From a virus: a stretch of 64,000 nt of DNA. The position numbers were made by a program, and so were the translations under genes. Under the pieces are notes generated by a model, which searched no databases, was not told the DNA's origin, and saw nothing but the letters and a program-made list of their open reading frames with translations. Positions 46,844 to 57,654 of the stretch are shown one piece after another. The stretch spans positions 32,001 to 96,000 of IMG/VR virus record IMGVR_UViG_3300042397_001782, one strand, 5' to 3'. The first letter of the stretch is position 1. The number at the start of each line of letters is the position of its first letter.

Positions 46844-48226
46844 ATGGCAAGTGTAAAAATAACTCAACTTCCTAATGTATTAGGAAATCAAATAAATCCA
46901 GCAGTGGATATTTTACCTATTGTAAGAGTAGGTGCAGATTCTACAGATAAAATAACTGTAGAAGAATTAGGAACCCTTTTTGGAGGAGGATTAGAAGGGA
47001 CTCAATATGTTTATGTAGCAGCTAATGGTACAGATGTAGAAAATGCTGCTGAACTTCAAGCTGCTTATGTTACTGCTCAGGGTATGTCTTCAAGTATAAC
47101 AAATAGAATTACTATAATTGCTGCACCCGGAAATTATAATTTTAGCACTGCTAATTTTGTAATGAATAAACAATACATTGACTTAGTTTCATTAGATGGA
47201 AATAAAAGTATAGTATTTAACGGCTCAAATACAATAGAGATAACTGAAAATGATGTATTTGTCAAAGGTGTAGATGTTGGAACATTAAACTTTACTATAG
47301 CAAATTCATTAAATTTCTTAAGGGTTGAAAACTGCACAGGTGGAGAGGGTTCATTTGCTGGTTACGGCGGCATAGCAAGTGGCACGTTTACTAACTGCAC
47401 AGGTGGAAAGAATTCATTTGGTGGTGACGGTGGCACAGCAAGTGGCACGTTTACTAACTGCACAGGTGGAGATAATTCATTTGGTGGTGCCGGCACAGCA
47501 AGTGGCACTTTCACTAGTTGCACAGGTGGAAATAATTCATTTGGAGGTGACGGTGGCACAGCAAGTGGTGTGTTTACTAACTGCACAGGTCTATATGCTT
47601 CATTTAGTGGCGATGGTGGCACAGCGAATGGTGTGTTTACTAATTGCACAGGTGTAGATAATTCATTTGGTGGTAACGGTGGCATAGCAAGTGGTGTGTT
47701 TACTAATTGTACAGGTAGAGATTATTCATTTGGTGGTGCCGGCATAGCAAATAGCACTTTCACTAATTGCACAGGTGGAGATTATTCATTTGGTGGCGAT
47801 GCCGGCACAGCAAGTGGTGTGTTTACTAATTGTACAGGTGGAAGGGGTGTATTTGGTGGCAGTGGCGGCACAGCAAATGGCACGTTTAATAGTTGCACAG
47901 GTGGAGATGGTTCATTTGGTGGCGGTGGCACAGCGAGTGGTGTGTTTACTAATTGTACAGGTGTAGATTATTCATTTGGAATAACGTCTTTAGGAACTTT
48001 TACAAATTGCACAGCAGGAATTAATTCATTTGGAGGTAGCGGAACATCATCAGGAATATTTACTTCTTGTGTAGGAGGGGAATATTCATTTGGTGGAGAT
48101 TTAATGGGAACATTATCAGGAAAATTATTTTATTGTCGTATAACATTAGGTACATTTGCAACCGTATCAGGTAGTGGAAGAACTTATTACTGTGTAGATG
48201 GAAATGGAAACCCTAATAATCAATAA
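46844..48226 (+). CDS. Tail spike-like protein with Gly-rich beta-solenoid repeats
   Basis: About 12-13 repeats of ASGxFTNCTGGxxSFGGxGGT. Confidence 0.7.
   Translation: MASVKITQLPNVLGNQINPAVDILPIVRVGADSTDKITVEELGTLFGGGLEGTQYVYVAANGTDVENAAELQAAYVTAQGMSSSITNRITIIAAPGNYNFSTANFVMNKQYIDLVSLDGNKSIVFNGSNTIEITENDVFVKGVDVGTLNFTIANSLNFLRVENCTGGEGSFAGYGGIASGTFTNCTGGKNSFGGDGGTASGTFTNCTGGDNSFGGAGTASGTFTSCTGGNNSFGGDGGTASGVFTNCTGLYASFSGDGGTANGVFTNCTGVDNSFGGNGGIASGVFTNCTGRDYSFGGAGIANSTFTNCTGGDYSFGGDAGTASGVFTNCTGGRGVFGGSGGTANGTFNSCTGGDGSFGGGGTASGVFTNCTGVDYSFGITSLGTFTNCTAGINSFGGSGTSSGIFTSCVGGEYSFGGDLMGTLSGKLFYCRITLGTFATVSGSGRTYYCVDGNGNPNNQ
47330..48100 (+). repeat. Coding tandem repeat, 60-63 bp units
   Basis: gcaagtggYRYgtttactaaYtgcacaggt...tcatttggtgg repeated. 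Confidence 0.9.
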
Positions 48227-48246
48227 CATAAAAAACAAATAAAAAT

Positions 48247-48579
48247 ATGAAAAATTATCAATTAATAATAGAAGGAACTTGGATAGAATTATTACCTGTA
48301 GAATTAACAGAAACTCAAATAGAGTTATTAAAGTCTACTAAAGAAACAGATGCAGAAGCTAAATCTGAATTAATAGCAGAGATTAAAGAATCAAGAGAAG
48401 GAGCAGTATCTTCTGAATTGACTGAAAAGTTAAATACACTTTACACTTCTTTAAAACCTGAATTAAAAGAAGAAGATATTTATCAATTAATTTCTGCTGA
48501 CTTTTCTGAAAAAGAAAATAAATTTACAGGAATTATTAACTATAGAGTTAATGGAGAACATAAGCAAGTAAGATTCTAA
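48247..48579 (+). CDS. Hypothetical protein (possible fibre chaperone)
   Basis: Follows the spike-like gene. Confidence 0.55.
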   Translation: MKNYQLIIEGTWIELLPVELTETQIELLKSTKETDAEAKSELIAEIKESREGAVSSELTEKLNTLYTSLKPELKEEDIYQLISADFSEKENKFTGIINYRVNGEHKQVRF

Positions 48580-48599
48580 AAATAAATAAATAAAAATAC

Positions 48600-49781
48600 A
48601 TGAAAAGAATTAATATTATTTCAGAGACAATTTACAAAGGGCAACATAAACTTGTTAATAAAGGTGCTTTTATTAATATGTCAAAATTAATTTCAGACAT
48701 ATTTGCTTGTTTTAATATTCCTTGCTGTGACAAACAAGCAGATTACTTTGTAAGAAAATCTGCTTTAATTTATAGTAGAAAAAAACCAGGAGCTAATTGG
48801 CAATCTTTAAACAAATTAGTTTTAGATGTTTATAATTGTTGTGCAAATACAACCTTGTGTTCTAATAACCAAAGTCAATGGTGGATAACTACAGATGTTA
48901 TTAGACCTAGAAAAACAGTTGAAACAATTAACTTTACAAATATAATAATTAAAGTTCTTACTTGTTGTGAACTATTAGATTGTTGTGCACCTGTAGTGCC
49001 TCCAGGACCTCTTTATAATTTTGATATAACAGCATTAGATTGGCCAGGTATTAATGGAGTAACAGATCAAGCTTCTTTTGAAGCATTTATATTAGGTTCC
49101 TCAGATTATACTAATATTACTGTAACTTCTTTTAATTATACTCCTACAAGAGTTCAAGCAAATATAAATGTTACTGGGGGATCAATTGTTAATTTTGGAA
49201 TTTTTGGGAATGGTTTTGAAATTATTCACGCTTTAAGTGGTTTTGATAATTTATCTAGTTTATATTTAAGTAATAATTTACTAACAGCCTTTAATCCAAC
49301 TATTCCTTTAGATTCTACCCTAGGTAATATAGAGTTAGTTAATAATCAAATAGTAAACTTTAACCCATCAATTGCTTTACCAAGTGGTTTGATGGGATTA
49401 AATTTAAATAATAATCAAATAGTAACTTTTGACCCTACTATTGCGTTACCAAGTACTTTGACTCAATTACAACTGCAAGGTAATCAAATAGTTACTTTTA
49501 ATCCTACTAATCCTCTTCCTTCTCCTATCTTTTTATTAAATTTAGATAATAATTTGTTAACAGAGTTTAATCCAACTACACTATTTCCAACTACTAGTTT
49601 AACAGATTTAAGGTTAAAAAATAATTTAATAACTACTGCAGGATATGTTGCTTCTGAACCATGGGCAAATAGTTTATCAGTAGGTATATCAGCTATTCAA
49701 TTTACAGGTAATGTTAACTCTGTAGCTGGTACAAATTTAGAAAGCATATTAATAGGTAAAGGATATAACGTAATACCTTAA
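48600..49781 (+). CDS. Adaptor domain + leucine-rich repeat protein
   Basis: 23-aa LRRs LxxLxLxxNQIVTFNPxIxLPS. Confidence 0.8.
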   Translation: MKRINIISETIYKGQHKLVNKGAFINMSKLISDIFACFNIPCCDKQADYFVRKSALIYSRKKPGANWQSLNKLVLDVYNCCANTTLCSNNQSQWWITTDVIRPRKTVETINFTNIIIKVLTCCELLDCCAPVVPPGPLYNFDITALDWPGINGVTDQASFEAFILGSSDYTNITVTSFNYTPTRVQANINVTGGSIVNFGIFGNGFEIIHALSGFDNLSSLYLSNNLLTAFNPTIPLDSTLGNIELVNNQIVNFNPSIALPSGLMGLNLNNNQIVTFDPTIALPSTLTQLQLQGNQIVTFNPTNPLPSPIFLLNLDNNLLTEFNPTTLFPTTSLTDLRLKNNLITTAGYVASEPWANSLSVGISAIQFTGNVNSVAGTNLESILIGKGYNVIP

Positions 49782-49819
49782 AATCTATAATAACTATAAA
49801 ATTAAATAAAAATAAAAAC

Positions 49820-51073
49820 GTGAAAAAAATTAATATTATTTCAGAGACAATTTATAAAGGAAAACACAAACTTGTGAATCAAGGGGCTTTTGTTAATATG
49901 TCAGACTTGATGGGAGATATATTCTCTTGTTTTGGTATAACTTGTTGTAATGGGTTACTTGACAGCAAATCAGATTATTTTTTAAGAAAATCTGCTTTAA
50001 TTTATGGTAGAAAAAAACCAGGTGCTAATTGGCAATCTCTAAACAAATTAGTCTTAGACGTATATAATTGTTGCAAAAAAACAACTTTATGTCCAGGCTC
50101 AAGAAGTGCACAATGGTGGATTACAACAGATGTGATTAGGCCAGCTAAAACTATTGAAACTATTAATTTTACCACTATTATAGATAAAGTATTAAACTGT
50201 TGTGGAATAACTGAATGTGGATGTCCTCTTTCTTATAATTTTGATATAACAGCAGATTGGCGTTTAGTAGGAACAGTACCTGTAAGTGACCAAGCTACTT
50301 TTGAAGATTGGTTAACTAATGATTTAGGGGCTACGTCTGTAGTAATAAGTTCTTTTGATTTAACAGGTAATAGATTACAAGCTAATATAACAGTAGCTGG
50401 AGTAGTAACTATTAATTTAGCTAGTAAAAATGTTACTTTAGTAGAAAAGATTGGAGGATTTGACAGTAGTTTATTAATACTAGGATTAAATGGTAATCAA
50501 ATAGTTACTTTTAACCCATCAATTCCTTTACCAAGTAGTTTAGGGATATTACAATTAAATGGTAATCAAATTGTAACATTTAATCCAACTATTGCGTTAC
50601 CAAGTAGTTTAGCTTTGTTAGGTTTATCTTATAATCAAATAGTTACATTTAACCCTAGTATTGCCTTACCAAATAGTTTAATTAGCTTAACTTTAGATGG
50701 AAATTTAATTGTAACATTTAATCCAACTATTGCGTTACCAAGTAGTTTAACTCAATTACTACTGCAAGGTAATCAAATAGTTACTTTTGACCCTACTTTA
50801 TCTTTACCTAGTAGTTTAATTGAGTTAGGTTTATCTGGTAATCAAATAGTAATATTTAATCCATCTAATGAACTGCCTATTTCTTTAACTCAATTAGCTT
50901 TAGATAGTAATCAAATGACAACGGCAGGATTTACATCTAGTGAACCTTGGGCAAATGCTCAAACTGCTTTTTCTTCTACTTGTACTGTAAGTATGTTCAG
51001 TAATATTAATTCAATTACAGGCACAAACTTAGAGACTATATTGCTAACTAAAAACTGTACAATAATTCCTTAA
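49820..51073 (+). CDS. Adaptor domain + leucine-rich repeat protein (paralog)
   Basis: Seven 23-aa LRR units with a shared C-terminal cap (SEPWAN...GTNLE). Confidence 0.8.
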   Translation: MKKINIISETIYKGKHKLVNQGAFVNMSDLMGDIFSCFGITCCNGLLDSKSDYFLRKSALIYGRKKPGANWQSLNKLVLDVYNCCKKTTLCPGSRSAQWWITTDVIRPAKTIETINFTTIIDKVLNCCGITECGCPLSYNFDITADWRLVGTVPVSDQATFEDWLTNDLGATSVVISSFDLTGNRLQANITVAGVVTINLASKNVTLVEKIGGFDSSLLILGLNGNQIVTFNPSIPLPSSLGILQLNGNQIVTFNPTIALPSSLALLGLSYNQIVTFNPSIALPNSLISLTLDGNLIVTFNPTIALPSSLTQLLLQGNQIVTFDPTLSLPSSLIELGLSGNQIVIFNPSNELPISLTQLALDSNQMTTAGFTSSEPWANAQTAFSSTCTVSMFSNINSITGTNLETILLTKNCTIIP

Positions 51074-51147
51074 AATATAATTAAACTTTAATTTATAAAC
51101 TCAAAATTAATTCTCATATTTGCAATAAATCTTACGAAAAATAATTT

Positions 51148-51816
51148 ATGCCAGAATTTGCAAATGAAAGAGAAAAAAATATAAAATTCCAAATTACTTT
51201 AAATGAGGAACAAAAACAAGCGAAATCAGTTATACTTCAAAATAGTATAACGTATATTGCAGGAAAGGCGGGGTCAGGAAAAACACTGGTATCTTGCCAA
51301 GTAGCTTTAGATTTGTTTTTTAAAAAGCAAGTAAAGCATATTATAATAACAAGACCTGCTGTAGAAGCTGGAGAAAAATTAGGGTTTTTACCTGGGGGTA
51401 TGGAAGAAAAACTTGACCCTTATGTACAAGCCATCTATCAGAATTTCTATTCTTTATATAAGAAAGACAAGATAGATAATATGATAAAAGAAGGGTCTAT
51501 ACAGATAAAACCTTTTGCTTATATGAGAGGTAGTACATTTTGTGAAGCTGTAATTATAGTGGATGAAGTACAAAATACTACTGAAAGTCAGGTAAAAATG
51601 GTTCTGGAAAGATTAGGTAAAGGAAGTAAGATGATGCTATGTGGAGATATTAACCAAATAGATTTAGGTAGAGGAATTACTTCAGGAATAAAATTTTTAG
51701 ATTTTTTACAAGAAAAAGAATTAAAAAATTATACTAAAATTGTTTTAAAAACTAACCATAGAGATCCAATTGTAGAGGAAATATTAAACTTATACGAAAG
51801 CTTTAAAGCACAATAA
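51148..51816 (+). CDS. phoH: PhoH-family ATPase
   Basis: GKAGSGKT, RPAVEAGEKLGFLPG, YMRGSTF, DEVQN, GDINQID, HRDPIV. Confidence 0.95.
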   Translation: MPEFANEREKNIKFQITLNEEQKQAKSVILQNSITYIAGKAGSGKTLVSCQVALDLFFKKQVKHIIITRPAVEAGEKLGFLPGGMEEKLDPYVQAIYQNFYSLYKKDKIDNMIKEGSIQIKPFAYMRGSTFCEAVIIVDEVQNTTESQVKMVLERLGKGSKMMLCGDINQIDLGRGITSGIKFLDFLQEKELKNYTKIVLKTNHRDPIVEEILNLYESFKAQ

Positions 51817-51817
51817 A

Positions 51818-52384
51818 ATGAATTTAAATTTAGAATTTAGTCAACATAGTTGCAAATATATTTATGTTAATAATACTTCAGAGTATGATTTAACATTAGG
51901 TGCAGTTAAAACAACTTATATTAAAGTATTAAATCCAGGTCAAACTGAAACTATACAACTATCAATTCCTTTTGAAGGACAACTTACTTTAAATGCTAAA
52001 AATTTAGGCCAACAAACTGATTTAAACGCACTTTTACAGGATATATTAGAAGGTTATTATACTATTGAGTTAGTGGTAACACAACAACTAAATAATAGTA
52101 GTCCTATAGTAACTAGTAGCGAAACTTTTTGTTATTATAATACTTGTCAATTAGATTGTACTATTGATAAGAAAACCTTGGAATTTTTACAAAACAAATG
52201 TTGTAATGAACAAGATTGTACAGGTAAATTAAGACAAGAAACTAAAGATATTGAAACTTTAAAGTTATATAGAGAAGGATTAAAATCTTCTGCAAGTCTA
52301 TGTAAAAAAGAAACTGCCACGGAAATACACGAATGTCTTCAGTATAAATTAGGAGTATTAAATATTGATTGTGGTTGTAAATAA
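51818..52384 (+). CDS. Cys-rich putative structural protein
   Basis: Resembles 53053-53919 (C.Y, ETFCYYNTCQLDC vs ETQCFFADCTIKC). Confidence 0.6.
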   Translation: MNLNLEFSQHSCKYIYVNNTSEYDLTLGAVKTTYIKVLNPGQTETIQLSIPFEGQLTLNAKNLGQQTDLNALLQDILEGYYTIELVVTQQLNNSSPIVTSSETFCYYNTCQLDCTIDKKTLEFLQNKCCNEQDCTGKLRQETKDIETLKLYREGLKSSASLCKKETATEIHECLQYKLGVLNIDCGCK

Positions 52385-52392
52385 CTAAATAT

Positions 52393-52989
52393 ATGACTTT
52401 AAGTACTTATAAAGATTTATTGTGTAAATTAGATGCTGAAATTTCAAAGTTAGTGCAATCTTTTTGTAGATCAGAAACTTATGGGTATAAGACTTGTAAA
52501 GATAAATTACAAAAATTAATTTATACTAAACAACTTTTAAAAAACAATTTTATTAGAATAAAATTAGATAAGAACTTTTATTGCTTAGAAGAGACTGAAG
52601 ATTATACAATTACAAAGACTTTAATTAGAATAATAGGAACTAAAGCTGAAATACTTGTAAAGAAAATAAAAAAAATTATTAAAACTGATAAAAGTTTTGT
52701 GTGGGATTTTCCCCCACTTCCACAACCAAATGGAGTTTGGGTAGGGTCTTTTTTTGTACCAGTGCCTGTCAATACTCTTGCTGATATAGAAAATGTAAAA
52801 ATATATTTAGAAAATAAAAAATTATTTTCTTTCTTTGCATTTGCAGTTGATTACAGTAAAAAACAAATACTATCTTCTAAATATCTTGAAGAAGAAATAG
52901 AGGAATGTATTGAGTATCAAGAAATAGATAAATATTGTCTACAGTGTTTAGATGAATTAAAACTAAAAAGACTGATAGAAACTATTTAA
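52393..52989 (+). CDS. Hypothetical protein
   Basis: Packed ORF in the tail region. Confidence 0.6.
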   Translation: MTLSTYKDLLCKLDAEISKLVQSFCRSETYGYKTCKDKLQKLIYTKQLLKNNFIRIKLDKNFYCLEETEDYTITKTLIRIIGTKAEILVKKIKKIIKTDKSFVWDFPPLPQPNGVWVGSFFVPVPVNTLADIENVKIYLENKKLFSFFAFAVDYSKKQILSSKYLEEEIEECIEYQEIDKYCLQCLDELKLKRLIETI

Positions 52990-53052
52990 TATTATTAAAC
53001 ATATAAATAACTTTCCAATAGAATTTATTGGATATATAAAAAAAATATAAAA

Positions 53053-53919
53053 ATGTTAACAGTAGAAAACTATAATTGCCAGTACCTTAAATTAGATTCT
53101 CCTACAATTCAAAGATTAAAGGAAAATTTGTTATTAATGCCTTCTGAGTTTACAAAAGTAGAGTTAGAGTATAATATTAATTGTGGAGACACCCCTATTA
53201 AAAAGGAATTGCAATACACTCATTTTAATTATTGGTCAATAGATTTGTCTCAGAATATTGCTAAAAGTGATGTTTTAGATGAAATTATTTTTAAACATAT
53301 AATAACTGGCCAAGAATTTTCTATAGATAACTTAAATATAGATATGGCTACTGCTACAGTAGGAGATTACTTAACTGCAATAACTGATTTGTTGATAAAC
53401 AATGGATTAAGTACTGTAGGGTTAAGTGTTGTACTTGTGGGCAATGAACTTAGAATAACAGGATTACCTACAGGTATAGTTCCTATTAGTTTTAATATGT
53501 CTACAACTATTGAGATATTTTTATTTAACTTTAATAGCCAAGGAAATTGGTTTTATGGGTTAGATTATTTATACTTACGACCAGCATCTTTTAATCTTGT
53601 AAACTTTATAGATGGGGTTTATAGAATTAAACTTATATATACATTAGTAGATGGCTCAACTATAGAAGAAACTCAGTGTTTTTTTGCTGATTGTACTATT
53701 AAATGTAAAATAGCCTCATTATTAGAAGATGCCTTAGAAGATGATACATTAAATAAAAACATGTATCTATATTATTTAGCCCTAACTACTTCTGGAAATT
53801 GCGGAGGTTGTAATTGTGCAGAAATGTGTGAATTATACGAAAGAATAGTTGCATATTTAAATAACCCTATTATAATAGATAAATTAAATTCTAAATCTTG
53901 TTGCAGTGGATGTAATTAA
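53053..53919 (+). CDS. Cys-rich putative structural protein
   Basis: CGGCNCAEMC, terminal CCSGCN. Confidence 0.6.
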   Translation: MLTVENYNCQYLKLDSPTIQRLKENLLLMPSEFTKVELEYNINCGDTPIKKELQYTHFNYWSIDLSQNIAKSDVLDEIIFKHIITGQEFSIDNLNIDMATATVGDYLTAITDLLINNGLSTVGLSVVLVGNELRITGLPTGIVPISFNMSTTIEIFLFNFNSQGNWFYGLDYLYLRPASFNLVNFIDGVYRIKLIYTLVDGSTIEETQCFFADCTIKCKIASLLEDALEDDTLNKNMYLYYLALTTSGNCGGCNCAEMCELYERIVAYLNNPIIIDKLNSKSCCSGCN

Positions 53920-56533
53920 GTGCTCATTACCACAACTGGTAATTAATTTTATTGACCATATTGGACCTGACTCTCAAGAATTAGAGTCTGTTATTATACA
54001 AAACTATATAAATAGTTTAAATTGTAATACTAAAGAGATAATTTGTGTGTCAAAATACGATACTATATGTGAAGACACTGTAAATAATTTATGTAAATTA
54101 TTTATTAACGCTCTTACCATAGAGGCAACTCCTACTGGAATTAAAATAACTCCAGTTATATTTAATAGTTTTGGAACTATTACATATAATTGGACTTTTG
54201 ATCCTACAAAATTTACTTTGCCTAGTGGTAAAACTGTAACAGACCCTGTATTATTTCTTGATTGGATTAATGGAAATATTGTTTCAGACTTTGAGGTTAG
54301 TTTAAAAATAGTAGATGGAAAAGGTTGTAATTTTGAAATACAAAAGGATATAAGTTATTGTGAATCATGTTTAAACCCCACTTTATCTATAGAATATGCT
54401 CCTTGTTGGGTTTACATAGGTAATGATGATTATTTATTAAAAATAACCCCTGATTTTTCTTGTGTAGGACTTCCTAATTACAATAATTACTTAACTAATA
54501 TTTACATATCTAGTCCTGATATTTCTATAGTAAAAGATACAAATAATGATTGGAATTTAAAAGTAAAAGATATAAATGCTTTTAAAGCTTTAAATTGTGG
54601 AAATGATGGGAAGATATATTTTGGAAAGTCATTTGCCAGAGAAATATATGAATATAACGTAAATACAGGAGATGCTACGTTTAAACTTACATTTCCTCCT
54701 AGTGTAGTTTACAATCACCCTACATTGGGAAGCATTACAGTGCCTTTAAACACAGGAGATGGGGATATAGCAGTAACGGCAAATAAGATTTTCTTCCTAA
54801 ATTGGTTTACAGCACCAGACCCTACAGGAACATTTCCTATGAATTATTCATTTGTAGGCAGATATGATATTGATTGGAATGCGTTAGTTTTATCTAACTT
54901 TACAATGATAGCAGAACCTTCTGGAGCAGACTATGAAGATGGGTTTTATGTTTCTTTAGAAGCAGTAAGCGATGATTTAGTATTAGTAGATTGGGTTCAA
55001 GGAATGCAGCCTGGAGGATTTCTTCCTGCAACAGAATATGAGATTAGAGAATACGATTTCTCAACTTTAACTTATACTTTATTTTCAGATATAACTGCTC
55101 TTTATGGAGTTGATAGTTGTGTAAATGATATTGCATTTGATGGTACACATGTTTACATGTTACAGGGCAATTTTACTAGTAATCCTGTATTTATAATAAG
55201 AAAATTTAATTATATTACAAAGGCTCTTGTAGCTTCAAGTTCACCCTTATCATTCTCTATAAATGCTGTGAGTCCTCCAGGAATAGCAGTATTAGATGGA
55301 AAGATATATGTTGCCGAAGATTTTGGAAATGTATTAGTGTATGATGCTACTACATTTAATTACTTATACAACAGAGATATAACTAACATAAATATCAGAG
55401 GAACTGTTCCTCCTGCTGCTCCTCTAGATGCTATTTCTGGAATGGGTCAAATACCTCCTTCACCTTCTGAAAATTTAGAAATAAATTATACTGTAGACTA
55501 TAACGAATGTGGAGTAGTAAAAACTATAGAATTAACTGAAGATTTTCCTTGTGATATACCATTGTGTTGTGAAGATTGCGAACTAGATTTAAATATTACA
55601 TTTGCAGACTGCTATATTCCTTATTCAGATGAAGGTATAGTTGGTGGTGCAGTAGAAGTTACTATTACATCTAATGGTTGTGTAAATGTAAATAATATTG
55701 ATTTTGAAGGAGCAGTAGTCACTGATAATACATTGGGTACCTCAAATATACTAAAATTTGTAAAAATAAACAATAAGTGGCATATTCTTTCATCTGAAAG
55801 TTCTTGGCCAGTAGGCATGATTAGTGTAATATTTGGGTATACAGTTTGCGGAGTTTCTAAAAATTATTCAGGAACTTTTGGAAAAAATGACATAAATGAG
55901 TGTTGTGCAGATTGTCCAGAAGAAAATGCTTTTACTGTAACAATAGCAGATTGTTATGAGAAAACAGAGGGTATCACCATACTAGCTAACTATACAATAA
56001 ATTGTCCAGGTTGGACAAACACTAGTAGCGTTGTAGCATCTGTAATAAAAAATGGAGTTCAAATAGGAACAGTGTCTACTTTTGGTGGTGGATATAGAAT
56101 AGAATTTTCAACTAATGAAATTTCAGAAATTTGTGACATTGAACTACAATTAACTTCAAACATAGATGATTGTAATGGAGACCCAACTTTGTTTTATAGT
56201 ACATTAACAATCCCTTGTGATATTGCAGAATGCGGACCATGTGTTGATTGTGATGATATTAATGAAGCCGATTATAGTATAAATATAAATGATTTATGTT
56301 GGTCTGAAACTAATCCTGCATTAAGTAAGTATGAAGCAGTTATTCCAAACGTGTTCACTTGTGCAGGTAAAGTATTAAAAGTTAGTTCTATAACAGTACT
56401 ATCATCTACGGGTTGTACTTATACTACCGTAGTTAGAGATGGAATTTGGTACTTAACAGTAGATAAAACCTGTGCGGACATTAACCCTAATTCAACTATA
56501 AATTTAAGAATCTGTTGGAATGATTGCGACTAA
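53906..56533 (+). CDS. Large Cys-rich multi-domain protein (repeated Ig-like modules + probable beta-propeller)
   Basis: Four CxxC...C(Y/W) modules; DIAV, DIAFDG and GIAVLDG blade-like motifs. Confidence 0.6.
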   Translation: MDVIKCSLPQLVINFIDHIGPDSQELESVIIQNYINSLNCNTKEIICVSKYDTICEDTVNNLCKLFINALTIEATPTGIKITPVIFNSFGTITYNWTFDPTKFTLPSGKTVTDPVLFLDWINGNIVSDFEVSLKIVDGKGCNFEIQKDISYCESCLNPTLSIEYAPCWVYIGNDDYLLKITPDFSCVGLPNYNNYLTNIYISSPDISIVKDTNNDWNLKVKDINAFKALNCGNDGKIYFGKSFAREIYEYNVNTGDATFKLTFPPSVVYNHPTLGSITVPLNTGDGDIAVTANKIFFLNWFTAPDPTGTFPMNYSFVGRYDIDWNALVLSNFTMIAEPSGADYEDGFYVSLEAVSDDLVLVDWVQGMQPGGFLPATEYEIREYDFSTLTYTLFSDITALYGVDSCVNDIAFDGTHVYMLQGNFTSNPVFIIRKFNYITKALVASSSPLSFSINAVSPPGIAVLDGKIYVAEDFGNVLVYDATTFNYLYNRDITNINIRGTVPPAAPLDAISGMGQIPPSPSENLEINYTVDYNECGVVKTIELTEDFPCDIPLCCEDCELDLNITFADCYIPYSDEGIVGGAVEVTITSNGCVNVNNIDFEGAVVTDNTLGTSNILKFVKINNKWHILSSESSWPVGMISVIFGYTVCGVSKNYSGTFGKNDINECCADCPEENAFTVTIADCYEKTEGITILANYTINCPGWTNTSSVVASVIKNGVQIGTVSTFGGGYRIEFSTNEISEICDIELQLTSNIDDCNGDPTLFYSTLTIPCDIAECGPCVDCDDINEADYSININDLCWSETNPALSKYEAVIPNVFTCAGKVLKVSSITVLSSTGCTYTTVVRDGIWYLTVDKTCADINPNSTINLRICWNDCD

Positions 56534-56545
56534 AAAATAAAAAAT

Positions 56546-57637
56546 ATGGCAGAAAAATGTATAAATAAGGGTTTAGAAGCTCTTACAGAATTTGATAAAA
56601 CTTGTTGTGGGTGTCCTGCAGAAATTACTTCTTATTATCCAAGTGCTGATCCTTATATTTCTTATGAGGTTGGTCCAGAAGATATGTTAAGTTTTTCTAC
56701 GACTCAATGGGTAATCCCTATTAAATTTCATTGTGGATGTAATGAAGTTTACAATCCTGGGGGAGGGGCAACTAAAACAGAATATTATTCTAAAATACAT
56801 TCTGTAAAAGTTGTAGGAACAAATACTGCTAATGTATCTTTTGTATATTTAAACAACGCTACTTTTTCAAATGCATATCCCTCTAATTTTGGAGGAAATA
56901 CTTATAGCCAAACATTAAATGGATGGGCAATGGTTGTAGATAAAGACCCTACAAATGTTTTACAAGCTAAATCTTCTGGACTAGGGGGAGTTAATATAGA
57001 GGTTCAAAAATGTTCAGATAGTACACCTTTTCCTTTCTCGTTATATACTGAGTATTTTTTTGCAGACAATTTTAGAAGATATAGCAATACGACAGGTTGT
57101 AGTAATACAGGTGGAGCAACAAATCAAATTTATTTATGGCAAGGTGCCCAAAATGGTGGAGGTGACACATTTTTAAATGGAAGCACTGGAACTGGATATG
57201 TAGGATGCTACAAAGATTTAACTACATACTTTGCAACACCTGTAGTTTTTTCAGACAGTTGTCTTGTTAGTCAGACAGGTTCTAATATTAGATGGCAAGC
57301 ATTAAAGACAATCCAATCTATAACTGTAGTTGGTTCAAATGAGCCTTTAACTTGGGGGTCAAATACTCCAAATAGTGTTTGGGCTACTTATAATGGTTCC
57401 CAAGGATTATGGTATATAAATGTAGATAAAAATCCTGGAGGAACTTATCATACTAAAACAGTGGCTAATCCAACTATTGATTCAACAGTTGATTTAGAGA
57501 TAGTGGTATTGGAAGCCAATACCCCTTGTAAAGTAGACCCAAATGACGCTTTTGATAACTCTATAAAAACAAGTACAATTACTGTTACTAATTTGGCTCT
57601 AAGTAATTTTAACAATACTACTTTCTGTACTTTTTAA
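56546..57637 (+). CDS. Cys-rich putative tail protein
   Basis: Tail region; internal repeat (I.S..VVG...VDK.P). Confidence 0.55.
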   Translation: MAEKCINKGLEALTEFDKTCCGCPAEITSYYPSADPYISYEVGPEDMLSFSTTQWVIPIKFHCGCNEVYNPGGGATKTEYYSKIHSVKVVGTNTANVSFVYLNNATFSNAYPSNFGGNTYSQTLNGWAMVVDKDPTNVLQAKSSGLGGVNIEVQKCSDSTPFPFSLYTEYFFADNFRRYSNTTGCSNTGGATNQIYLWQGAQNGGGDTFLNGSTGTGYVGCYKDLTTYFATPVVFSDSCLVSQTGSNIRWQALKTIQSITVVGSNEPLTWGSNTPNSVWATYNGSQGLWYINVDKNPGGTYHTKTVANPTIDSTVDLEIVVLEANTPCKVDPNDAFDNSIKTSTITVTNLALSNFNNTTFCTF

Positions 57638-57654
57638 TTAATTAAACAAAAAAT

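Noticed and set aside
47362-47966. Alternative-frame and antisense ORFs with repeats
   Set aside because: By-products of the tandem repeat in 46844-48226.
47330-48100. Possible CRISPR array or DGR
   Set aside because: The repeats are in-frame coding units without unique spacers; no reverse transcriptase or adenine-specific TR/VR pair was seen.
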